Of a stretch of DNA of 64,000 bases, positions 19,357-30,865 are shown piece by piece (within the stretch, counting starts at the first letter, position 1; every line of letters starts with the position of its first letter). Location of the stretch: positions 1 to 64,000 of IMG/VR virus record IMGVR_UViG_3300013099_000002; one strand, 5' to 3'. The position numbers and the translations under genes are program-made. This DNA comes from a virus. The notes under the pieces are model-generated. The model saw only the letters and a program-made list of their open reading frames with translations, had not been told where the DNA came from and ran no database searches.

Positions 19357-19455
19357 ATTCACAACGCCTACCTGTAATACGTTCATGCTTTGCCCAGAAT
19401 ATTTTAGCCCACTCATAATTAGTTTCGATTATTCCTGAATCTTTCCCGTTCACTA

Positions 19456-19851
19456 TTACCTTGTATTGCATTTCCCTTCCCCACTTATACCCATAAGAAA
19501 ATTGGACTTACTTACCACCCAACCATCAGAAGGTAAATGGTACCCAGTGCTTCCATCCCAATCAGCAAACCACTCATCGTAGTAATCCCAATCAGTACCA
19601 TAATCCTTTTGTACCTCCACCAACTCATCAGCCCATTGTTGCCACAAGGTATCCGGTACAAGTTGATTATCTAATTTATAATACAGATATGAGTGAATCA
19701 GCATATTGCGCCTTAGACGCAGTATAAACTCCTTTATTGTTGGTTTCCAGTTCGGGTACCGAGCCGCCAATTCACCTACAAGCTTTCCGCTGGTATCCTT
19801 CTTTGGTTTGGTATCAACAATTTTCTTTCTTCGTTTGATTATAACTGGCAT
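19456..19851 (-). CDS. stand-alone NAD-dependent DNA ligase subdomain Ia-like protein
   Basis: LRRNMLIHSYLYYKLDNQLVPDTLW..WADEL resembles LigA N-terminal H..YY..D.P..SD.EYD; no adenylation domain. Confidence 0.55.
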   Translation of the reverse strand: MPVIIKRRKKIVDTKPKKDTSGKLVGELAARYPNWKPTIKEFILRLRRNMLIHSYLYYKLDNQLVPDTLWQQWADELVEVQKDYGTDWDYYDEWFADWDGSTGYHLPSDGWVVSKSNFLMGISGEGKCNTR

Positions 19852-20905
19852 AGCTCATTTCCGTTTTTCAAATAGGTCATTAAGTTCAGCGATTGATATT
19901 TCTACCAAGTCCCACTCCCAAGGCCCCACTGCTCGGTTCATTCCATTAGGTTTCCAAATCTCATAGCGTGGGTTAATATGCCGCCCTTTATGCCTTTTGA
20001 ATATGGAACCCTTAACAGAAAATGTACCTTTCCCGTTATAGTTGTGAATCAAGACTGGAAACCCGTTCACAGTCTTGTAATGTTTGCCTTCAGTGATTAT
20101 CATTTACCATGCTCCATATAAACTTTATCTATTAAGTCAGGTTCCCCTTTTGCATACATAGGTTTCCACCGTTTAAGTATTTTCTTTCTATCCCCATCAA
20201 ATAAGTTTCTTAATGTTTCCCCAAATTCAATACCAGTATTTTCTTTTTGAGTAAAGTCTGTGCCGGTATCTGGTTTTTCTTTGGTGCCGTAATTCACAGA
20301 AAAATAACTTAGTTCAAAAGTCATCATAAAACAACAGGCTTCTTTATTAGTTAATTTCAAAATCTCTACTGTGTGAGGGTCAATAGATTCATCTATGTTA
20401 GCATCTATATCCTTTTTATTACCGGCAACAACACCGCAATAATCAGTTGCAGGGTTTCTCCATAGCCAAATATTCATATCATTTACTCCGTTTAGTATTT
20501 TTGGTTCATTCGATACCAAGGCTGTTCAGCTTTGATTTGAGGTACCGTTACTTCAGGTATTGATTCCCTGATAGTAGTTAAGGCTACCACTAATTCATCT
20601 GTTTGTTTGGCAGTTCGGGAGAATGCTTGTTCAAGTGCGAGTAATGCCGCACATGCCTGTTTAGATTGTTTCATTTGTTACTTCAACCTGTTTAGTTTCA
20701 ACCCAACCAAACCCTGACCGCACCATCCAGCCGTCAGCAGGGTCTCCATGAGCGGTTTGGGTTTTGATTATTTCATGGAAATGAACACTTACCGCTTTTT
20801 CAGCTTCTTCCCGTGATGCATAAACAGGTGAATAGAATTTGAATTTATCTGTAGTTCTTGATAAGGCCAACATTGTTTTAATCCGTTTTGTTATTCGTGA
20901 GCTTC

Positions 20906-20933
20906 ATTATACTTGAATAATTTTAATTGTCAA
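20906..20933 (-). promoter_or_regulatory. conserved early promoter
   Basis: TTGACA-16-TATAAT. Confidence 0.85.
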
Positions 20934-21116
20934 ATTTATTTACCGCCTCTTCCCAGTTCCATCAATAAACCATTAACATTTATAGGTGTCAAAGTTTCAC
21001 CTGTAGGGCTTTTCCAAGGCATTGCTTCATTATCCCTTTTAATTAGCCCTATAAATCTTTCTTGTAAATAAACATACAAATAATCACCATCACATACGAT
21101 ACGGTACCCAAGTCCT

Positions 21117-21689
21117 TCAATTATCTTTTTCACCTAACACCTTATTGCAATCAATTGCACTTGCAAGCCGCAAATACTTTTCCTCATCAACTTCAAGTAT
21201 ATCATAGAGCCATGTTTTAAAATAATAGTCCAGCTCTTGTGAGCGTGGATGTTTACCTTTGTGGTAGGTAAGAAAATCCTTCCGGTTCTGAACTTTATCT
21301 GCTATTGCCATTGGTCGCAAATAAGGTGTTTTGCTCATCACATCATTAAGATTCTTAATAAGCAATTGCCTTCGTGGATTAATTACAGTTTGGGAGGAAA
21401 ATCTATTGAGTTGTTGCCGGTATTCCATGGCTATGATTATTGAAGCTGGATTACATTCTGCTAATAAATTAGGATGATAAGCTAACATCCTATGTAATTC
21501 TTCATCTAATTGAACCACCGGATGTAAACAATAGCCCTGTTTGCTTATTAAAGGGGCTGAGAGCGTATCTAAGACCACTAACCCCTCATCAATATGCGTT
21601 ATATAAGGTACATCGGTTCTTTTGGCTTTACGGCCTTTATACAGGTTCTTGATTATCTGGTAATGAACATCCTGATTAAATGGTGTCAT
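21117..21689 (-). CDS. degenerate HD-domain (RelA/SpoT hydrolase-like) protein
   Basis: R..VPYITH, CLHP (normally LHD), IADKVQN. Confidence 0.45.
   Translation of the reverse strand: MTPFNQDVHYQIIKNLYKGRKAKRTDVPYITHIDEGLVVLDTLSAPLISKQGYCLHPVVQLDEELHRMLAYHPNLLAECNPASIIIAMEYRQQLNRFSSQTVINPRRQLLIKNLNDVMSKTPYLRPMAIADKVQNRKDFLTYHKGKHPRSQELDYYFKTWLYDILEVDEEKYLRLASAIDCNKVLGEKDN
21146..21159. repeat. 14-bp inverted repeat, copy 6
   Basis: TGCAATCAATTGCA. Confidence 0.9.
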
Positions 21690-23379
21690 TAGCCGCCCAC
21701 CCTGCTAAGTAAAATTGGTTCATTGGTGCTTCGGTTATTAACCACTTACCTATATTTTCTAAATACATTTTAGTTCTATCTAGTTCCGGTTGTCTATTAG
21801 TGGAGTGATAATCTGCTTGTTCGGTATAAGTAACCAAACATCCTAATTTAAAAGTGAGCATCCTACATAAAACATCCTTTGCATGTTTCGGGTCATTGGC
21901 AAAGAAAACTACATCCATATCGAAGGTAGTATTCAATCCACTATCATGGGGAGAAAAATGATAAAGCTTTGAACCCCCTTCATACTCGAAAGATAATTCT
22001 TGATTACCATTTACAAAAAACTTAGCTGGATTACAAATCATAGTTTCTCTCCTGTTCTTATATCAGTTGCTTCAATATTACAGGCATCCCAATTACAGCC
22101 GCGATTACCTATATAAGTTTTTACCTTCACATGTTGGTAAGGAAAACTATCAGTTATTTTAGATACTCTTCCCAACCCATCAGAGCAAATAACTTCTTGC
22201 CCTATTACCAATTTACTTAGATTTTCTGCTTTCATCTTCTCGCACCAGTTTAAATAACATCTTTCCTCGTTCCTCAAAAAACATATTGAGTTCTTGATGC
22301 AAACCTTCAGTTAATTCAATCGCTATATCTTCAGGTGAATCTGAAAAGGTTTGCATTAAATGCATAGTGGCTACCGCACCGGCATAAAATCCTTGTTCGG
22401 TTTCCATTAATTGAGTTTTTCCGGCATCAGGGCTTATAACTGTGTCTCGGTAAGATTCCCACTGTTCTTGTAAAGTATTCATTTTTTCTCCATTAGTAAT
22501 TATCGAAGTCTTTAGGTCTCACTTCGTTATGTTGGTAAGTAAAGCTCAATCTTTCCATCTTTGAAGATATGTCATTGGCTTTTGATATTAGTTGCAAGAG
22601 TTCATCCATTTTCTTTTCAAATTCTGCTTCCATTTGTGGAGTCGATACTTCCAACTCATCCGAGTCTTGTAATAGTTGCCTATCAATACCGTGTATGCTT
22701 TCTTTACAACCATTAGGACAATAACAGTTTGCCCCATACTCAGTAAGTTCAGCCACGTTATCATTTGTTAGTTCTTCATCCGTGAAGAAACATATACAAG
22801 CTGGGCAATAGTTCCCAGTATTAATCATACGAAAGGAAGAACCACCTCAATTTCAGCGGCCTTGTTACACCATTCACGAGAACCCTCATTACGAAGGTCT
22901 ACCGAAGCATACCGCCCATAATCCGTTGCGGCCTCATTAACAGTGCGCCAGAATGTTTGTTGAATTGTCCGGTGTTCCTTTTGAACAGTGTCGGAAATTA
23001 CCTTCCCAACATCTGCTTCACGGATACCCATATAATTAAGGTGTTTCAAAATAACCGCCATGGCTTCTTGAATTTCTTGTTGTGATTCTGGTTTTAAGTT
23101 TGACATTTGATTTAATCCGTTTGAAAAAATTATTAAAGGTTCAAGTTATCGGTAAAAGCGATTGCATAATCTTCCACCTCATTGATTTTGTCATCACATA
23201 CATCTGTATCTTCTTTTGGATTTACAGATATTAAAAACAACGCACCTTCTTGTTCAATATCAACATGCAGGTGTCTATGGTATTTTTGGAACAATTCATT
23301 ATAAAGAGGTTTTGCAGCTCTTGATGATAATAAGAAAGTAACCATTTTTTAATCCGTTGTTTTCGTAAAGTGTAGGTCT

Positions 23380-23407
23380 ATTATACCGTTATAATTTCAA
23401 TTGTCAA
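23380..23407 (-). promoter_or_regulatory. conserved early promoter
   Basis: TTGACA-16-TATAAT; 23368-23409 identical to 220-261. Confidence 0.85.
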
Positions 23408-23784
23408 ATATTATTTAAGGGTTTTGGAGTATAAAGTAAATCATGGTGCTGAACAAATCGCATCCAGTCCATACTATTATTAGATAAATCTTTCTTTACG
23501 GCATTTCTTATGCGGTTCAAATCAGGGTCTCTTGGGGCAATACAGCTTTTTGCCATGCATTCCATAAAGCCACGGCATAACGGTAACTCACCAGCCTTCA
23601 CAGCCCTCATGCATTCATCGTTATCTGTATCCTGTTTAACATGCTTATGGCAAATAAAGTAAACACTATTATTTAAGTAGTAACGTATCTGCTCAATAGT
23701 ATAAGTTGCCAAGAACCCCCTTATTGAGTTTTTTGAAAAAGGACAATCATTGCACATAGCCCCACATAATTTTATAGTATTCAT
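23404..23784 (-). CDS. Cys/His zinc-binding protein, paralog of 54748..55047
   Basis: CNDCPF...FICHK...LCRG. Confidence 0.55.
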   Translation of the reverse strand: MNTIKLCGAMCNDCPFSKNSIRGFLATYTIEQIRYYLNNSVYFICHKHVKQDTDNDECMRAVKAGELPLCRGFMECMAKSCIAPRDPDLNRIRNAVKKDLSNNSMDWMRFVQHHDLLYTPKPLNNI

Positions 23785-23786
23785 TA

Positions 23787-24257
23787 TTACCCTCTCAGTG
23801 CAATTGATTGCAATTGTTCTTCACGTTCTTTACAGTGTTTGATTACCACCTTACATTGGTCTATTGACATTGAGCCAATATGACAGGCATGGTGGTCAAG
23901 TCCGGTTTTGCTACGCAACCATGCATAAGCTTTACCTCTGGATAGTTGTTTTTTCTTCCAAATATTATCGAAGAATGAGTGTGCCTGCATTCGCCATTGC
24001 CTTAGTTCTACATTGGCAAGATTCCCTAATGGTTCCTCAGTATTAGGATGACATCCTACACGGGCATCACATGGCTCACAGACAAAAAATATCTTTGTCC
24101 ACAAATCCTTACGGTGGGGGTAAACATCCTTACCTGTGGCTCTCACAGCAGAATTACCGCAATAGTTGCACGTTACTTCGCCTACTTTTGGCTCCTTTAC
24201 ACCTGCATCCAACATAGCTTGTCTTAAATTATTCATATTAGTCTCTATAAAATCCAA
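23787..24257 (-). CDS. DUF3268-like zinc-finger protein
   Basis: CNYCG..VYPHR..CEPCDARVGCH..PLG.LAN.ELR..R..AH..FD.IW..CHIG. Confidence 0.75.
   Translation of the reverse strand: MDFIETNMNNLRQAMLDAGVKEPKVGEVTCNYCGNSAVRATGKDVYPHRKDLWTKIFFVCEPCDARVGCHPNTEEPLGNLANVELRQWRMQAHSFFDNIWKKKQLSRGKAYAWLRSKTGLDHHACHIGSMSIDQCKVVIKHCKEREEQLQSIALRG
23799..23812. repeat. 14-bp inverted repeat, copy 7
   Basis: TGCAATTGATTGCA. Confidence 0.9.
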
Positions 24258-25727
24258 ATCTGTTAAGAGCGTTTAGCATCCCACCATGGTAAGTTTCGGC
24301 TCTTATGTTTTTTAATTCTTTTTGTTGTCCGGCAAGAAATACCGATTTTAATAGCAATGCAGATTCTTCATCTGCGGTAAAGAGAATCATAGTTTTCTTG
24401 CCATACATTAATAAGTGTTCAGCTACAATCTCAACCGTTGTGAAGTTTACTTCTTTTGGTGATGTACTGGCATAAGGTGCCACATTAATTGATTCAAATA
24501 CTGGGAGGGTTACGCGGTTATTTTCTACTAAGTTTTTTACCGCAAAAGGTTCAAGTCTTAGTACAGTTATTGGTTCAAGGTCGATGCTGGAGTAAAGTAC
24601 CGCTCTCATTTGATTACCACATCACTTTTAAGATGAGCCTCCTTGATAATCAACCCCACCACTTTATCTCCATACATTAGCGGTGGTAGTTCTTCAAACT
24701 TCGGCAATAAGTCCGGCCTTTCAGTATTGTTTTCTTCCGACTGCCGTTTACGCCTATGTTGGTAGGTTATATAGCCATTTAATTCTGCTATTGATTCATT
24801 ACCGAGGTGGGCTTCTGTAGGGTTATAAGTATGGCAGTTTTGGAATTCACGCTTCTTTACTGCTATGGCGGTGAGTGGATTGTATCTGGTCATTACAGTA
24901 CCTTTAGGATAGTTTGTGAGATTGCACGTTGGTAATCAATTACCTTTAGTTTTTGCATGAATCTATTTAGCCTACCATCAAATCCGAAGCTACTAATCGG
25001 CATTACATTATGCCCCTTTTGAGTATGCCATAAGCTTTCATCTGATACCCGAAGAAACCAATCCCCTTTATCTTCATCAAAGAACACCTCGGTTATTTCA
25101 ACTTCATGGTAGGATGCCGCAAATTTAGAAGAACCTTCATCAGAATAAATAATAAGGTTATCGTATTTTCCCACCAATGGAAGGTAGTAAACAACACCGG
25201 CCTCCCAATTAAATAATTGCTTCAAGTAAATAACATTAACTATGTTTGCTGGGTTAGCCATTATCCTTCACTCCCATCAAACCAAGTTTCATCATCCTCA
25301 ACAACTTCAATCAGATTGAGGTACAAAGAATTAGCTTCATCAGAAGTCCACCATTCAGATGTTTCCCCCTCATCCATTACATAAGCAGGAATACCAGCAT
25401 TATTAGCCATCAGTTGCTCATATTCAGGTGTTTCTTTGATATGGTCAAGCAATGCTGGTATCGCTGTGTGTAGGTCGATAGAATCGCACATTTATATTTT
25501 CTCCAGTAAGTGTCTTTGAATATTCAAACCGTAATAGGTGAGGTCGTGAATGAGAGCGTGTTGAGGGGTTCCATCTTCATGCGGTGGTACCCATGCAAAG
25601 GTTGATATGAAATTGTAGTCCTCATCGACTCCACAGGCGGTTTGGTGGGTGGTTGGGGTACCTTTCGGTATAGTAACCTCCCCATACACCATGAATTTTT
25701 GCTTAATATCTGCTTTAGTCACCAACA

Positions 25728-26036
25728 TTACAATTTACCTTCGTTATAAGTGTCGAATGCCACGCTTCTATCCCGTTCCACCTTCAGACCAAAGGGGCCT
25801 CGTATATCCTTGAGTTGAGAAAGATTGAAATAGCCCATTTCATTTTCCTGACCGTGAATCATACCGAAGAACTCCCAATCCCCATCAGCCAATTCCCGAC
25901 CTTCAAAAACAAACCAAGTATAATTGCTCCATGGTGTAAAGAATTTAACTGCCACCTGTTTGTTGCATAATTCAATCTTATCAGTTGAATATAAAGCTGG
26001 TATGGTTTTTTTGATTGCTTTCGTTAATAACATCAT
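25728..26036 (-). CDS. DUF2958-like protein
   Basis: VKFFTPWSNYTW..E..FFG..E.GYF.L.L...VERD. Confidence 0.7.
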   Translation of the reverse strand: MMLLTKAIKKTIPALYSTDKIELCNKQVAVKFFTPWSNYTWFVFEGRELADGDWEFFGMIHGQENEMGYFNLSQLKDIRGPFGLKVERDRSVAFDTYNEGKL

Positions 26037-26402
26037 TTCAATTTACTCCGTTAAGTACCGTTTATGCTTCTGTGTTAGATAAAGATTTTAATACACGGTT
26101 CATTGTATTAGCTTCAGATAATGAAGCCGCAACACGCGCACCTGTTTCCAAACCACGTACCGATTGTTGAGTCTCATTAGTTACCCAAGAAACATAATCA
26201 GTTTTCTGTGCCAAGGTAGAATCACCATTCATCATTTCTTGGTATTTTTTCATTTCACGAAGCTGACGTTCAGCATTATCAACCATTGATTGCATCCAAT
26301 CAGAAGCATCAGATACCGCATGTTTAGTTAAGTATTTTGCTTCAAGTTGTACATCGTTTAAGTTTGACATTTTATTTAATCCGTTTGGTTAGTGTGAGTT
26401 CC

Positions 26403-26430
26403 ATTATACATTGATAATTTTAATTGTCAA
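26403..26430 (-). promoter_or_regulatory. conserved early promoter
   Basis: TTGACA-16-TATAAT. Confidence 0.85.
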
Positions 26431-27049
26431 ATCTTTTTCCATTTAATTTTTTTAGCTTATCAAATCGGTTATGAATTGCTTCAGCTATTCTATGGTAATA
26501 GGAATCTGCGAGGTATTCAGGATTATTCAGGACTTCATTCAATAATACCCACTCATCCATGTTAGCTATTAAGTAAAGATAATCCTCCGGTGTATCTGCA
26601 CCCATATTAGGCTCCCAGTATTTTTACGTTGCGGTCAATTACTGATTCAGCTTTCGCCACCAACTTCTTAGCGTGAGCATTCAAATCACCTTCCAACATT
26701 TTAATCAATTCCAACCCAACTTTAGACAGGTACATTTTCGCACGGTTGCGTTCCTTATCAGTTACGCAGGGCATTACATTACCTTGCGCCTGTTTAACTT
26801 GGTCGATTTTATCATTAAGTGTTGCCATTGATATTTTAGCCATTTCTATTCCCCTTAATCAGTTAAGCCAACGTGTTTCATTGCCGCAAATCCTTGTGAT
26901 TTTGCAATAGGACTGTAGTTTTTCCAGTCCCCAGATTTACGTGCCTTTTTAGATTTATACGCCAACAATGTTATTTGAGTAGAAGTTAATGAAGATAATA
27001 AAGTTGAAGTAGTCATGTTATTTAATCCGTTTTCGTAAAGTGTAGGTTA

Positions 27050-27077
27050 ATTATACATGAATAATTTTAATTGTCAA
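27050..27077 (-). promoter_or_regulatory. conserved early promoter
   Basis: TTGACA-16-TATAAT. Confidence 0.85.
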
Positions 27078-27549
27078 ATTTAATTAACTTGCCGTGATAA
27101 TTGGGCACATTGAATAAGAGCCGCAAGGTTTTATTCTTTCAACACCATCATAAATACTAACCCTGTAGGTTTTTAATTCACCGTGGAATAATGCCTTAAT
27201 AGTTTTGGCGGTTCGAGAAACAACTTTTATTTCAAAGATGCAATTATGGTCACAAATTGACCGCGTAGAATATTTTGTTGCTGGTTTAAACATTGACATT
27301 TTATTCTCCTTGGAAATCAGAAGCCCAATCAACAAAGCGTTGAACTTCACCCCTTGATTCATCCGTATCAAATACCGACCAAACCGAAAAGGTAGACCAG
27401 AAATCACCCGATTCAACTTCCCAGTCTACGTTTTGAAACAATTGCATCCCCAATGCATCAACAGATTCAGCTTCACCGTTTGCAACCGATACGTTCATTT
27501 GAGTTTGAGTAGTCATGTTATTTAATCCGTTTCGTTTATGTTGAGTTCA

Positions 27550-27577
27550 ATTATACATGATAATTTTAAATTGTCAA
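27550..27577 (-). promoter_or_regulatory. conserved early promoter
   Basis: TTGACA-16-TATAAT. Confidence 0.85.
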
Positions 27578-27597
27578 ACTTATTTCACTTCTAAGTT

Positions 27598-27611
27598 TGC
27601 AATTGATTGCA
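27598..27611. repeat. 14-bp inverted repeat, copy 8
   Basis: TGCAATTGATTGCA. Confidence 0.9.
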
Positions 27612-27776
27612 CTGGGATTCTATACTCACTGTAATACTCTTCTGGGTATACTTCATACCCACCTAATTCATTGAGCTTGTTAAGTATGGCTTCGTTGTTA
27701 TGGTACCGCATACCCAATATCAGTTTTAGGTCTACACAAGCATAACACCGATTCTTATAAACAAGCTCATCTTGCA

Positions 27777-29669
27777 TTATTGCCCCCCTTTCATGTTATC
27801 TGCCGCAGCTTGTGATTCCAACGCGCCTACAACCGACTGAGGTACCTTATTGAATGAAATACCATGCTTAAACCAAAGTTCTTTACGGGTCGTTAATCCA
27901 TACACTACCCCACCTAATGAATCTGATACATCTTTTGTAGATGTACTGGGGTGGTCAATCTTCCCCTTCTTCTGGTCAATCTCCAAAGACAATAATTCAT
28001 GCTTCAGTTTAGGATGTTCCGGTGTAGTTAATCTGCCATCATAAATACAAGTCTTGAGAATATTATAGGGCATCGTGGTTCTGTCTAATGAGATTAAACC
28101 CGTTTTATATCCCTTCACACGAAGTATCTGTAAAAAATCTGACGACTGAAAACTATCCAAGCTTACCCATTTAATGATTACCCCATATTCCGATAGCTTA
28201 TAGATTAGAGACCGCAACTTATGGAACTGAATCTCATCCCCTTTCGGTGGTTCAATCTCCAAGGTGAAGTCCATCTTTATGTTCGGTAATATTTCGTTTT
28301 CTAGCTCCCCACGTTTTATAGATTTAAAGTTCTTTATGTAGCCCATACTTATACCGGCACTATCTCCGGTCAATGCCAAATCTAAATGCACCCAGCGCGG
28401 TTCTTGTAAATCCCGAAAGCGGTCAGGATAAATAGCTAATTGAGTATCCTTGAAATCAACCAACTCCCTTGATAAGATGGATAAATGATTAGGTTGGAAT
28501 GCTTCCGCAACTTTCTCAGTATTCACCATGAAAGGATGTTTCGCCAAGGTACTGACACCAGCAATTTCCCTCAATGAGTTCATTATATCGGTCTCGAATT
28601 CCGTTCTGTATTCCACCGGCACAGATATTACTAATTCAAGTTCATCTTTGTGTCGTTTCAAGTCCTTTTCATTTTTAAGTATATAAGGCTTCTTGGATTC
28701 ATCCCCAATAAATACATTGAATCTGCCACCTAAAAATCTATCAGGCGGTATAACATCCCACGAACGCTTATCATAAACATAAATGGTAGTTTTGCCGTCT
28801 CTCTCAATCTCGGTTTCTGCTTCATCCATCTTAATATCCGTAAACTGACCAGGATACCGTTTTGAAGAAACCAAACACAATACTCCAGGCAATGAGCCCT
28901 TGCTCATAAACCTAGATTTTCTTCTTCGTGCCAATGAGTTGTACAGGGCTACCGCTTGGTCGTATGTACCTCCATCTACACTGTTTTTAGACCGCTCAGT
29001 AACCGCCATGTAGTTTAATTCATCAATCACACCGCCTATTACATTTTGCCCTATAGCGGCTGTCTCTTGCCCCGATACAGGTATCACTTCTATTCTGTTT
29101 GGAAACTTTAATTTCGATTCAAGATTCTTATCGAACATAAAATGCTTAGTGAAATATTCACTGTTTTCAACCATGGCTTTAAATCGTGCAAAGTCAACCT
29201 GCTTGGCTAACCCTGCATTTATTGATTGGAAGATGAATATTATCTCTGATGCTGGGTCAAGCCCGAACTGTTCGTGGGGGGTTCTTAGGCATGATAATAA
29301 ATATAATTGATAAGCGGTAGTATACAAGGCTAACGTGGTCTTACCACAACCAATAGAGCCTGTAAGTACCGCTTCAGTATACTTACCGTTATTCAGTTCC
29401 AGCATACATTTCATTATTTCTGGATACAGAGCGTTTGGGGTTCCTAACAAGGTATCTTCCGCAATAAACACGTTTGCTGGTACCGGTAAGCGTTTATATT
29501 TCTTTTCTATTTCGGATACTATACCGTGGTGCCTTGCCTTCAATATCTCCAAGAAAAATTCTTTATGATATGGAGGTATTTCGGTATCAATTATCTGATT
29601 AATTCTATCATTTTTAATTTGCTGGTTCGACTTCTTCAAAGACACCACTATCTCCTTGTATAACTTCAA
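27777..29669 (-). CDS. terL: terminase large subunit
   Basis: Walker A GSIGCGKT, Walker B GGVIDE; RNase H-like HLDLALTGD...KDVSDS. Confidence 0.85.
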   Translation of the reverse strand: MKLYKEIVVSLKKSNQQIKNDRINQIIDTEIPPYHKEFFLEILKARHHGIVSEIEKKYKRLPVPANVFIAEDTLLGTPNALYPEIMKCMLELNNGKYTEAVLTGSIGCGKTTLALYTTAYQLYLLSCLRTPHEQFGLDPASEIIFIFQSINAGLAKQVDFARFKAMVENSEYFTKHFMFDKNLESKLKFPNRIEVIPVSGQETAAIGQNVIGGVIDELNYMAVTERSKNSVDGGTYDQAVALYNSLARRRKSRFMSKGSLPGVLCLVSSKRYPGQFTDIKMDEAETEIERDGKTTIYVYDKRSWDVIPPDRFLGGRFNVFIGDESKKPYILKNEKDLKRHKDELELVISVPVEYRTEFETDIMNSLREIAGVSTLAKHPFMVNTEKVAEAFQPNHLSILSRELVDFKDTQLAIYPDRFRDLQEPRWVHLDLALTGDSAGISMGYIKNFKSIKRGELENEILPNIKMDFTLEIEPPKGDEIQFHKLRSLIYKLSEYGVIIKWVSLDSFQSSDFLQILRVKGYKTGLISLDRTTMPYNILKTCIYDGRLTTPEHPKLKHELLSLEIDQKKGKIDHPSTSTKDVSDSLGGVVYGLTTRKELWFKHGISFNKVPQSVVGALESQAAADNMKGGQ

Positions 29670-30225
29670 TTAAACTACCAATAACCGAATCGACCTTCCC
29701 GTAAGTTAGTTCAACTTTATTGTTTACTGGTTCCTGTAGTATTAACGTGGCATCATCCACCATACCTAGAGCCTTACGCTCATTCTCAACACCGAACCGC
29801 ATAAAATCTAACGCTTCCCTAACAGATAATTTATCTGGGTCTACCTTATCAATCTTAGCCATTGCCTTCATCATAACTTTACGAGACAAAGCTAAATGCC
29901 GTTGCCGTACTGCAAGCTCATCATTGATATTTTTTGCTTGTAGTTTCGCTATTGCCTTCTTCTTATTCCCAAGCAGTAAAGCTTCATCCACCGCATCTTG
30001 TCCTTCGGCAAACATCCCATTTAATTCTTCATACCATTTTTCTTTTGCCGCCCGATTCTGCAAAGTACCAATGTTTAGCTTATGTTTAGCCGCCAACTTC
30101 AAAAAGGTCATGCTGTTTTTCTTTTCAAGATTGCATTTAAAGAAATCAGCTTTTATATCATCCCATGGTATCTTTGCAGTATAGGCATTTTTTACCCTAT
30201 TTTTTTTGATTATCTTTATAGGCAT
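29614..30225 (-). CDS. terS: terminase small subunit (putative)
   Basis: N-terminal HTH (LAAKHKLNIGTLQNRAAKEKW), helical remainder, directly upstream of TerL. Confidence 0.65.
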   Translation of the reverse strand: MPIKIIKKNRVKNAYTAKIPWDDIKADFFKCNLEKKNSMTFLKLAAKHKLNIGTLQNRAAKEKWYEELNGMFAEGQDAVDEALLLGNKKKAIAKLQAKNINDELAVRQRHLALSRKVMMKAMAKIDKVDPDKLSVREALDFMRFGVENERKALGMVDDATLILQEPVNNKVELTYGKVDSVIGSLIEVIQGDSGVFEEVEPAN

Positions 30226-30235
30226 ATTATCCCCG

Positions 30236-30865
30236 TTAAGCGTTTTTGTCTTTTCTTAATCTAGTAATGGTTTTCTCTAATCTGGCTCGGTTCAGCTCAT
30301 TACCAACGAAAGACATATTATTATCTATACACGCTTGAGCCGTGTATCCCATACCACAACATAAGTCCATACCTAGCCCTCCATCAGCCGGTCTAAGCAA
30401 CTTAAATACTTCTCTTGTACATTTGTACCCTTTCAAGTGATAAATGGGCGTAGCATCCAATGGCATCTTCCCTTCGGTATGGAAGAATATAATCTCCATT
30501 GGTAAGTTTTGCCCAGAATATACGGTTTCAATCTGAGTACAATAAGTCAATCCTGCCTCTTCAGCAAAATCAATTACTTTTTGAATCCACCGCTTACCAT
30601 ATTCGATAACCACCCAACCTTCGGTTTTATCTGCGGCATGAGACAACACTGTTTTAAGGAATACATCCACATCGAAATTACCAGTTGAAGTGTCTATATT
30701 GTTCATCTTCTTATTCATGGTGTCCCAGTATTTTAAGTTACCAGAACCCCACGGAGGGTCTGAGTAATAAATATCTGCTTTACGGTTCCCGACAAGTGTA
30801 GCTATACCCTTCTCATCGTGAATATCTCCGTGTCGTATTCTGTGCTTGCCTATATTTTTAATCAT
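30236..30865 (-). CDS. compact N6A/N4C DNA methyltransferase (beta-like motif order)
   Basis: Catalytic SDPPW precedes SAM-binding DLCCGMGYT; FVGNELN; little room for a target recognition domain. Confidence 0.8.
   Translation of the reverse strand: MIKNIGKHRIRHGDIHDEKGIATLVGNRKADIYYSDPPWGSGNLKYWDTMNKKMNNIDTSTGNFDVDVFLKTVLSHAADKTEGWVVIEYGKRWIQKVIDFAEEAGLTYCTQIETVYSGQNLPMEIIFFHTEGKMPLDATPIYHLKGYKCTREVFKLLRPADGGLGMDLCCGMGYTAQACIDNNMSFVGNELNRARLEKTITRLRKDKNA

Larger units (their letters stand above)
14266..27777 (-). other. dense array of about 45 small early/host-takeover hypothetical genes
   Basis: Coupled 60-210 aa minus-strand ORFs punctuated by seven conserved promoter cassettes. Confidence 0.75.
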
